A stretch of DNA of 64,000 nucleotides from Dehalococcoidia bacterium (GTDB lineage Bacteria > Chloroflexota > Dehalococcoidia > UBA2979). The translations under genes and the position numbers were made by a program. The notes under the pieces were generated by a model. That model worked only from the letters and a program-made list of their open reading frames with translations. It did no database searches and was not told the origin of the DNA. Shown in pieces: positions 57,362 through 64,000 of the stretch. The stretch lies in the NCBI GenBank assembly GCA_965204835.1, contig OZ242017.1, positions 2,182,066 to 2,246,065 on the forward strand, written 5' to 3'. How positions within the stretch are numbered: position 1 is the first letter of the stretch; every line of letters starts with the position of its first letter.

Positions 57362-58722
57362 GGTTCCCACGCCCGCCCGAGCCGCGCGGCGTCCGCGCGC
57401 AGCGCGTCGCTGACCACCACTTCGTACGGCGGCGAGGCGGCGTCGAGCGCTCGCAGGCGCTCCGGCAGGCGCGCGATCTCCGAGGCGGCCCGCTCGCGCG
57501 CGGCCGACAGCGACGCCTCGCCCGCAGGCAGGCGCTCCCCGTCGCGCATCACCTGCACGAGCAGCGGCTCGCCCTCGTGGCGCTCGTCCGCGCGGGCGAG
57601 GATGTCGCGCGTCGCGACGCCCGAGGCGTCGCGCTGGCGGAAGACCTGCTTGCGACCCGGCAGCGTGGCCTTGCCCGGCGAGTGCTTGATCCGCCCCTCG
57701 CCGTCGTACGCGGCGAGCTTGTAGACCGCGTCGAACGTCGGCGCGTCCGAGGAGGTCACGGCGCGCGTCCCGACCCCGAAGGCGTCGATGGGAGCGCCCG
57801 ACGCGACGAGTTCCGCCACGCTGTACTCGTCGAGGCCCCCGCTCGCGATGATGCGCACCGACGTGAGCCCGGCCGCGTCGAGGATGCGCCGCGCCTCAAC
57901 CGCGAGGTCGCCGAGGGGCTCAGAGTCGAGGCGGATGTTGCGCACGCGGAACGCGTCGCCCAGCTCCCAGGCGAGGCGGACCACCGTGCGCACGCCGTCG
58001 AGGGTGTCGAAGGTGTCAACGAGCAGCGTGGTCTCGGGGTGGGTGGCGACGAAGTCGCGGAACGCGGCATGGTCCTCGCCGTGGGCCTGCACGTAGCTGT
58101 GGGCCATGGTGCCGGTCACGGGGATGCCGTAGCGCGCGCCTGCCGCGACGTTCGAGGTCGACGCCATGCCGGCGAGGTAGAGCGCGCGGGCCGCGGTGAG
58201 CCCGGCGTCGGTGCCGTGGGCGCGCCGACCGCCGAAGTCGGCGACGGGCCGCCCGGCTGCGGCAGTCACCACGCGCGCGCCCTTCGAGGCGACGAGCGTC
58301 TGGAAGTGCACCTGGTTGATGAGGTACGTCTCCACGATCTGCGCCTCCGGCAGCGGCCCCTCGACGGTCAGCAGCGGCTCGTTCCCGAATGCGGGCGTGC
58401 CCTCCGGCATCGCCCACACGTCGCCCGTGAACCGCAGCTCCCCGAGCCAGTCGAGGAAGCCCGCCGGGAAGCCGACACGCTCCAGCGCCTCGAGCGACCC
58501 GGCCCCGAACTCGAGTCCTTCGAGGTACGCGAGCGCCGAGTCGAGTCCGCACGCCAGCAGGTAGTTGCGCCCCTCGGGCAGCGTCCGCGCGAACAGCTCG
58601 AACGTGGCGGGCGCGCGCATGTCGTGCTGCCAGTACGACTGGAGCATCGTCAGCTCGTAGAGGTCGGTGAACAGCGCGAGGTCGACGCCCGCGGCCGCCT
58701 CGCGGTCGTGCGGCGGGGTCAC
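57358..58722 (-). CDS. pncB: nicotinate phosphoribosyltransferase
   Basis: 454 aa with NAPRTase-wide similarity (…LFTDLYELTMLQSYW…, …GTMAHSYVQAH…). Confidence 0.9.
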   Translation of the reverse strand: MTPPHDREAAAGVDLALFTDLYELTMLQSYWQHDMRAPATFELFARTLPEGRNYLLACGLDSALAYLEGLEFGAGSLEALERVGFPAGFLDWLGELRFTGDVWAMPEGTPAFGNEPLLTVEGPLPEAQIVETYLINQVHFQTLVASKGARVVTAAAGRPVADFGGRRAHGTDAGLTAARALYLAGMASTSNVAAGARYGIPVTGTMAHSYVQAHGEDHAAFRDFVATHPETTLLVDTFDTLDGVRTVVRLAWELGDAFRVRNIRLDSEPLGDLAVEARRILDAAGLTSVRIIASGGLDEYSVAELVASGAPIDAFGVGTRAVTSSDAPTFDAVYKLAAYDGEGRIKHSPGKATLPGRKQVFRQRDASGVATRDILARADERHEGEPLLVQVMRDGERLPAGEASLSAARERAASEIARLPERLRALDAASPPYEVVVSDALRADAARLGRAWEP

Positions 58723-59309
58723 TCGATGGTCGCGCCTGCCAGGCGCATGGCCTGGATGGCCCGCTCGCCGTCGCCGGGTTCGAGGTTCACGGCGCGGATC
58801 GCGCGCGTCAGCACGGTCGTCTCGAAGCCGAGCCGCGCCGCGTCGAGCGCCGTGTCGCGCACGCAGTAGTCGGTCGCGAGGCCGACGACGACCACGCTCT
58901 CGACGCCGCGGTCGCGCAGCAGGCCCTCAAGCTCGGTCGGCGCGTCCTCGTCGCGCTCGACATCGTGCACGGTGAAGCCGGAGTAGCCGTCCTCGCCGCC
59001 CACGCCCTTGCGCACGCGCGGCGCCCCTTCGAGCGCGGTCAGGTCGTCGTGGAGCTGCGCCCCCCACGAGTCGCCGACGCAGTGGACGGGCCAGATGCCG
59101 CCGTCCTGCGCGAAGTGCGGCGTGTGCTCCGGGTGCCAGTCCTGCGTGTACGCCACGACCGCCCCGGCCGCCGAGGCCGCCTCGATCTCCTCGTTGACCG
59201 CGACAATGGCGTCACCGGCCTCGTTCACGTAGAGCGAGCCGTCCGGGTGCGCGAAGTCGTTCTGCACGTCGACCACGACGAGGGCCGTGCGTGCGTCGTA
59301 GTCCACCAT
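58719..59309 (-). CDS. pncA: nicotinamidase/pyrazinamidase (isochorismatase family)
   Basis: …ALVVVDVQNDF…, …TQDWHP…H… and catalytic Cys (GLATDYCV). 4-nt overlap with pncB. Confidence 0.9.
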   Translation of the reverse strand: MVDYDARTALVVVDVQNDFAHPDGSLYVNEAGDAIVAVNEEIEAASAAGAVVAYTQDWHPEHTPHFAQDGGIWPVHCVGDSWGAQLHDDLTALEGAPRVRKGVGGEDGYSGFTVHDVERDEDAPTELEGLLRDRGVESVVVVGLATDYCVRDTALDAARLGFETTVLTRAIRAVNLEPGDGERAIQAMRLAGATIE

Positions 59310-59390
59310 CGTGCGCCTCCCCGCCGGCCTCGGCGTGCAGGGTATACCCCGCGCGGGGGCGTCGGCACGGTCACGGGAGCGGGAGTGGGG

Positions 59391-60008
59391 TTAGAGCGGG
59401 CGCTTCCAGGTCGACCAGTCGAACGGCACGTGGCCGTCCTCGGTCAACTGCCGCATGTCGACCGTCGCCTTGCCGTCGGCGATGTCGAGGTAGGCGATGG
59501 TGCCGAGGCGCTCGTAGTTGCGGGGCAGGGTCGGCGACCCGGGGTTCACGCAGAGCACGCCGCGGACGACCTCGTTCCACTCGGTGTGGGTGTCGCCGAA
59601 GACCATCACGTCGAGGTCCGTGCGCCCGCAGTAGCGCTCCATGGCGGCCTCGAGCGTCCACCGCCCGATGTCCGGCACGGGCACCGTGTGGGCGATGCCG
59701 ACGCGCAGCCCGGCCAGCTCGAGGAACCACCCCTCTCGCAGCCTTGGGTCCTCGGGCTGCACGGGCCGCCCGCCCGAGCCGTCGTCGCCGTTGCCGCGCG
59801 CGACGAACGTCGGGGCGACCTCGGAGAAGAGGTCGATCAGCGAGATGTCGTGGATGTCCCCGGCGTGCAGGATGCAGTCGACGCCCTCGAACGCCTCGAA
59901 GACCTGCGGGTACAGCGTCTCGCCGGCCTCGGGGATGTGCGTGTCGGACACCAGCCCGATGTGCAGCGAGTCGGCGTTGGCGAGGCGCGCGAGCAGTTCC
60001 TGGTCCAT
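59391..60008 (-). CDS. metallophosphoesterase (YfcE/MJ0936-like)
   Basis: …GLVSDTH…, …HAGDI…, …GNGD…, …GDTH… motifs. Confidence 0.85.
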   Translation of the reverse strand: MDQELLARLANADSLHIGLVSDTHIPEAGETLYPQVFEAFEGVDCILHAGDIHDISLIDLFSEVAPTFVARGNGDDGSGGRPVQPEDPRLREGWFLELAGLRVGIAHTVPVPDIGRWTLEAAMERYCGRTDLDVMVFGDTHTEWNEVVRGVLCVNPGSPTLPRNYERLGTIAYLDIADGKATVDMRQLTEDGHVPFDWSTWKRPL

Positions 60009-60063
60009 GCCGCCAGCCTACCCCGCACCGTGGTCAGGCGCGCTGCCCCCAAAGGGAACGGTC

Positions 60064-60369
60064 TCAATCGCCCGCGAGGCCGGCCGTGCCCGCGGCCTGC
60101 AGACGGAGGCCCAGCGCGCGCATGACCTTGAGGATTGTCCCGAACTCCGGATTGCCATCGGCGGACAGGGATCGATACAGGCTCTCCCGGGCCAACCCTG
60201 CCTGGCGGGCCACGCTCGTCATTCGCCGGGCACGGGCGATGTCCCCGAGTACCGCGAGAATGAGGGATAGATCACCGTCCTCAAGGGCGGCGTTCAGGTA
60301 CGCGACCATGTCCTCCTCGGTCTTGAGGTGCTCGGCCGGATCCCATGGCCTGGTCTGTGTCTCAGCCAT
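60064..60369 (-). CDS. addiction-module antidote protein, HigA family (HTH)
   Basis: …LSLILAVLGDIARARRMTSVARQAGLARESLYRSL… typical TIGR02684-like antidote. Downstream of a RelE-family toxin. Confidence 0.8.
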   Translation of the reverse strand: MAETQTRPWDPAEHLKTEEDMVAYLNAALEDGDLSLILAVLGDIARARRMTSVARQAGLARESLYRSLSADGNPEFGTILKVMRALGLRLQAAGTAGLAGD

Positions 60370-60383
60370 GCGCGTACTGCCTC

Positions 60384-60674
60384 CTACAGCCCCCGAGCTA
60401 ATTCCAATGCTCTTCGTACGTCGCGGGGCTGGCTGTCCTTGTCTCCGCCAGCCAGGAGCACGACGACCGCCTCGCCACGCTGGAGGTAGTACACACGGTA
60501 CCCCGGTCCGTAATCGATGCGGAGTTCAGAGACTCCGCCGCCGATCGGCCTGACGTCGCCGGGATTACCCAGTGAGAGCCGCCGGATGCGTGTGTCGATC
60601 CGCGCCTTCGCGTTCCGATCCCGGAGCCGCCTGAACCAGCGAGCGTAAACCTCCGTCTGCCGTATCTCGATCAC
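60384..60674 (-). CDS. type II toxin, RelE/ParE family (addiction-module killer protein)
   Basis: …RIRRLSLGNPGDVRPIGGGVSELRIDYGPGYRVYY… GTG start 60674. Confidence 0.85.
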   Translation of the reverse strand: MIEIRQTEVYARWFRRLRDRNAKARIDTRIRRLSLGNPGDVRPIGGGVSELRIDYGPGYRVYYLQRGEAVVVLLAGGDKDSQPRDVRRALELARGL

Positions 60675-60682
60675 GAACGAGT

Positions 60683-60700
60683 GTAACTCATGGGTTACAT
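60683..60700. promoter_or_regulatory. palindromic candidate operator TGTAAC-tcatgg-GTTACA upstream of the RelE/HigA module
   Basis: Perfect 6-bp inverted arms 9 nt upstream of the toxin GTG. TA operons are typically autoregulated at such dyads. Confidence 0.45.
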
Positions 60701-60740
60701 CATGGCTACGAGGAAAGCGGCGCAGCGTGACAACACCGAC

Positions 60741-61772
60741 CTAATACCCTCGCGCCGGGTCGTACACGTTGTGGAGCGGCTCGCCGCGCAGGTAGCGGGC
60801 GAGGTTGTCGCAGAACATCTCCGTCGCGCGCGCGGCGTAGTCCTCCGGGCCGCCGGTCAGGTGCGGCGTCAGCAACACGTTGTCGAGCTCCCACAGCGGG
60901 CTCTCCGGCGGCAGCGGCTCGCGGTGGAACACGTCGAGGGCCGCGCCGCCGATGACGCCCTTGCGCAGCGCCTCGATGAGCGCCTGCTCCTCCACCAGCT
61001 CGCCACGCGCGATGTTCAGCAGGTACGACCGAGGTCCCATTGTGCGCAGCTGCTCGGCGCCGATCATCTCGCGCGTCTCCTCGGTCAGCGGCGCAGCCAG
61101 CACGACGAAGTCGCTCTCGGCCAGCAGGTAGTCGAGGTCGCCCGGCGGGATCGCCTCGTCGGCTACGTCGTCGGGGCCGCGCGTCGTGAACGAGCGGCGC
61201 ATCCCCAGCACGCGGCAGCCGAGGGCGCGTGCGCGCGTGGCGACGGCCGCGCCGATCGCGCCCATGCCGATGATGCCGACCGTCTTGCCCTCGAGGTCCT
61301 CGGGGATGACCGAGCGGTCGTAGGCGCCGGCGATCTGGTTGCGCAGCAGCGCGGGCCAGCCCTTGGCGAACATCAGCATGTAGGTCAGCACGAACTCGGA
61401 GATCGGCACGGCGTGCATGCCGGTCACCGTCGTGACCGTCAGGCCGCAGTCATGGACCAGCGCCGGGTCGACGCGCTCCGCGCCCGCCGTGAAGAGCTGC
61501 ACCCAGCGCAGCGTGGGCGGGAACGCGTCGGGGCGCACGAGCTGTTCCAGCGCGTCGCCCCAGAAGGCAAACAGCACCTCGGAGTCCCCGAGCGCGGCCG
61601 CGATCTCCTCGTGCGGGGTCGCAGCCTGGCGCTGGCTCGGGAACCGGCCCGCGCCCTGCAGGTCGGCGATGCCGGCGGGGTTAAGCACGCGCACGCGCAA
61701 CGAGGGGTCGACGGCGCGGATGCGGTCGGCGACCTCGGGTTCGAGGGCGAACGTGACCGTGACCTGCGTCAT
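60741..61772 (-). CDS. D-isomer-specific 2-hydroxyacid dehydrogenase (glyoxylate/hydroxypyruvate reductase-like)
   Basis: NAD motif GIIGMGAIGAAVA and catalytic R…E…H (…NIARGELVEE…, …LTPHLTG…). Confidence 0.9.
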   Translation of the reverse strand: MTQVTVTFALEPEVADRIRAVDPSLRVRVLNPAGIADLQGAGRFPSQRQAATPHEEIAAALGDSEVLFAFWGDALEQLVRPDAFPPTLRWVQLFTAGAERVDPALVHDCGLTVTTVTGMHAVPISEFVLTYMLMFAKGWPALLRNQIAGAYDRSVIPEDLEGKTVGIIGMGAIGAAVATRARALGCRVLGMRRSFTTRGPDDVADEAIPPGDLDYLLAESDFVVLAAPLTEETREMIGAEQLRTMGPRSYLLNIARGELVEEQALIEALRKGVIGGAALDVFHREPLPPESPLWELDNVLLTPHLTGGPEDYAARATEMFCDNLARYLRGEPLHNVYDPARGY

Positions 61773-61802
61773 CGCGCGCCCGGGTGCCCTCGCTGCGTAC
61801 GG

Positions 61803-63032
61803 CTAGCGGGCGCGCGCGGTGAGCAGCGCGATGCTCGCCGTGAAGCCGTGGAGGAATGTCGTCCCGGCCACGGGGCCGATCTCGCCACTGGCGAAGATCC
61901 CGGCCATGGGCACCGGTCCCAGTGCGTCGGCGAGGGCCTGGGCGTCGTGGTTGGGCAGGCCGAACAGGCCCTGCCCGCGGCCGTTGCAGGCGCACATCAC
62001 CGCGCCCACGACGGTCTCGCCGGGTAGCAGCCGCTGCTTGAGGATCTGGAGGTGCGCCCGCAGGTCGTCGTCGGCCGCTCCCGCGTCGCGGAACTGGAAC
62101 TGGAACGTCTGGCCGACGCGCGGGACGGCGTTGATGGAGATCGCACCGCTCTCGCGGTCGCCTCCCATGATGTTGCGGATCAGGAAGTCGCCCCGGCCGT
62201 GCTGGTGACGGTACTCGTCCATCGCGAGGCCGACGAGGAGGTTGCGCTGCGCCCGGGCGCGCGTCTCCGCGTCGAGCGAGGCGAGCGTGTCCTGCAGCAC
62301 CGCGAGCGCGGGCCGCGACCCCAGCTCGCGCACGACGTTGCCCTCGCACGCGGTGACCGTCCACGGCTGGCCGATCGGCTCGGCGCCCTGTGCGACGATC
62401 GAGTGAAGGTTGAAGTCGCCCTTCAGTCCGACGAGCACGGCGCCCCCGGCCTGCACCTTGCCGCCCGCGAACACGGCCGCGCCGCCCCGCATGTCGTGCG
62501 AGGAGGCGAGGCCGCCGAGCAGCGCCGCGTCCCGCGCGCGCGTCTCGATCGCCTTCACCAGAGTCTCGCTGTCGACGCTGAAGGGGTCGGCGAAGATCAG
62601 CCACGCCCGCGCTCCGGCGGCGGCGACGCGCTCCAGCGCGGGCTCGATCGGCGTGTTGGCGGGCATCGGGATGATCGTCGCCTCCAGCCCGGGCAGCGAG
62701 ACGCCGAGGAAGGAGACGGCGGGCTCGACCTGCGCTTCCACGCCGGGGCCGATCACCGCCTCGCCGCTCGCGCCGACGAGGTTCGCGACACCCGTGCCCT
62801 TGCGCAGCCGCGCCAGCACGTCGTCGTAGTGCGCGCCGAAGCGCGAGTCGATGAAGACGAGGCCGAGGTCGGGCGTGGCGGCATCCTCGAGCGCGGCGAG
62901 GACGGCGTCGGTGGCGCTCTCCCAGTCCGGGCCGGAGTGCACGACGGCGGCGGTGACGGCGCCGCCGGTCTCGGCCGATGCCTCACCCGCGTGCGCAGCC
63001 GTCGTCTGCTCGGTCGCGTCGCCTGTCGTCAT
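61803..63032 (-). CDS. FIST-domain signal transduction protein (FIST_N plus FIST_C)
   Basis: 409 aa with FIST-type repeats (…LVFIDSRFG…, …VGAVMCACNGRG…). Confidence 0.75.
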   Translation of the reverse strand: MTTGDATEQTTAAHAGEASAETGGAVTAAVVHSGPDWESATDAVLAALEDAATPDLGLVFIDSRFGAHYDDVLARLRKGTGVANLVGASGEAVIGPGVEAQVEPAVSFLGVSLPGLEATIIPMPANTPIEPALERVAAAGARAWLIFADPFSVDSETLVKAIETRARDAALLGGLASSHDMRGGAAVFAGGKVQAGGAVLVGLKGDFNLHSIVAQGAEPIGQPWTVTACEGNVVRELGSRPALAVLQDTLASLDAETRARAQRNLLVGLAMDEYRHQHGRGDFLIRNIMGGDRESGAISINAVPRVGQTFQFQFRDAGAADDDLRAHLQILKQRLLPGETVVGAVMCACNGRGQGLFGLPNHDAQALADALGPVPMAGIFASGEIGPVAGTTFLHGFTASIALLTARAR

Positions 63033-63139
63033 GGTTCCCTCCGCCCGAACGAGTCTACGCGAACGGCCCGCGCGGCGCGCGTCCCGGGACCGTGGCGTAT
63101 TATCGTTGCGTCGCCGCTCCCACCATGCGGTGAACTAGG

Positions 63140-63337
63140 ATGAAAAGCATGACCACGCAGGCTGACCTGTTGAGCGATCGTGTCACACGGATCGAATCGA
63201 TCCTTGAGCACATGGCCACGAAGGCAGACCTCGCCCAGATGGAGGCTCGGCTGACGCGCTGGACGGTCGCTGCCGTGTTCACTGGAATGGCTGCAGCCGC
63301 CGCCATCACGGCCGCCGTCGCTGCCCTGGCGGGTTAG
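63140..63337 (+). CDS. small coiled-coil plus C-terminal TM protein (XhlA/DUF1640-like)
   Basis: 65 aa: helical N-terminus (LLSDRVTRIESILEHMATKADLAQMEARL) followed by a hydrophobic segment. GC about 60%. Confidence 0.35.
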   Translation: MKSMTTQADLLSDRVTRIESILEHMATKADLAQMEARLTRWTVAAVFTGMAAAAAITAAVAALAG

Positions 63338-63369
63338 TATCCGCATTCCGGGCCGGGGATGCTGAGGCA

Positions 63370-64000
63370 GTGACGACTGAGACGACGCACGAGGAACGCA
63401 CCGTGACCGTCGCGGGCGGCGACGTGCTCGTCCGCAGCGCCGGCTCCGGCGACCCCCTCGTCGTCTTCCACCACGACATCGGCGTCCACGCCTGGACCCC
63501 GTGCCATGACCGGCTCGCCGAGCGCTTCACCGTCCACGTCCCCGACCTGCCCGGCTGGGGCGCGTCCGAGCGGCCCGAGTGGGCGCGCAACGTTCGCGAC
63601 ATCGCGGTCCTCGCCGGCGCGCTGCTCGACGAGCTCGACCTGGAGCGCACGAGCATCCTCGGGCTGGGGTTCGGGGGTTATGTCGCCGCCGAGCTCGCCA
63701 CGGTCGCGCAGTCGCGCATCCACCACCTCACCCTCGCCGGCGCGATGGGCGTCAAGCCCGAGCAGGGCGAGATCCTCGACCAGTTCCTGGTGAACCACCA
63801 GGACTACGTGCGGCACGGCTTCGCGGACCCCGGGTCGTTCGAGGAGCACTTCGGCGCGGAGGTCGAGCTGGAGCAGCTGCTGGCGTGGGACCTCAACCGC
63901 GAGATGACCACGCGCGTGACGTGGAAGCCCTACATGCACAACGCCGCGCTGCCGCACCTGCTCCCCACCGTGGAGACGTCGACGCTGCTCGTGTGGGGGT
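63370..64000 (+). CDS. alpha/beta-hydrolase fold protein, 3'-truncated at window edge
   Basis: GTG 63370. …LVVFHHDIGVHAWT… and nucleophile elbow GLGFGG. No stop before the window end. Confidence 0.7.
   Translation, partial: MTTETTHEERTVTVAGGDVLVRSAGSGDPLVVFHHDIGVHAWTPCHDRLAERFTVHVPDLPGWGASERPEWARNVRDIAVLAGALLDELDLERTSILGLGFGGYVAAELATVAQSRIHHLTLAGAMGVKPEQGEILDQFLVNHQDYVRHGFADPGSFEEHFGAEVELEQLLAWDLNREMTTRVTWKPYMHNAALPHLLPTVETSTLLVWG

Noticed and set aside
1-64000. tRNA/rRNA genes, CRISPR arrays, integrase or transposase genes
   Set aside because: None recognised on reading both strands. The lower-GC intergenic stretches (1500-1620, 28400-28500, 56981-57151) lack tRNA-like acceptor or anticodon arm patterns and look like promoters.

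Overview
This is a high-GC (about 70-72%) bacterial chromosomal segment, probably from an Actinobacteria- or Chloroflexi-like lineage, and it is densely coding on both strands. I can support about 80 protein-coding genes. I see no rRNA or tRNA genes, CRISPR arrays, integrases or transposases. Assignments rest on the translated proteins (family motifs, operon context, start-codon and RBS inspection); no database search was run.

Genes in window order:
- A 5'-truncated family III CoA-transferase.
- Sulfate activation genes cysC and sat (4-nt overlap), followed by a convergent SLC13/DASS anion permease.
- A PGI/PMI-type SIS isomerase.
- A DinB-like protein.
- An ECF sigma / anti-sigma pair.
- An AI-2E transporter.
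- A Zur-family regulator with znuA-znuC-znuB (His-rich ZnuA loop and ZnuC N-terminus).
- A GltD-like flavoprotein.
- A Bcp peroxiredoxin.
- An HxlR regulator.
- A HadAB-like hotdog dehydratase pair, translationally coupled to a distinctly low-GC PD-(D/E)xK nuclease-like gene.
- AlkA.
- An iron-siderophore/heme ABC importer with a divergent ABM (IsdG-like) monooxygenase.
- A FabG-like SDR.
- A methylmalonyl-CoA-mutase catalytic subunit and a MaoC dehydratase.
- A complete suf operon (sufR-sufC-sufB-sufD-Rieske-sufS-sufU-sufT).
- An orphan family-5 solute-binding protein.
- An IMPase/CysQ-like phosphatase.
- An MFS exporter.
- A LonB-like ATP-dependent protease.
- Qor.
- A class-C beta-lactamase-fold hydrolase.
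- A menaquinone operon (menF-menD-menH-menB-menA-menC) without menE in the window.
- A PHP phosphoesterase.
- A second hotdog pair.
- DoxX.
- pncA-pncB.
- A metallophosphoesterase.
- A 2-hydroxyacid dehydrogenase.
- A FIST protein.

The most accessory-looking stretch is 54.3-60.7 kb. It holds two HigB/RelE-HigA toxin-antitoxin modules, a stand-alone TIR-like (DUF1863/ThsB-like) gene and lower-GC hypothetical genes, immediately beside the pncAB NAD salvage operon.

Other points worth a second look:
- A cryptic Cys-rich small ORF followed by an in-frame TGA, a hairpin and a 6xHis codon run (1291-1515).
- A G12 homopolymer at 1921-1932.
- A near-consensus promoter with an A-tract in the 343-bp sufR upstream region.
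- Palindromic candidate operators upstream of znuA, qor and the RelE toxin gene.
- A perfect 10-bp hairpin just upstream of menF.
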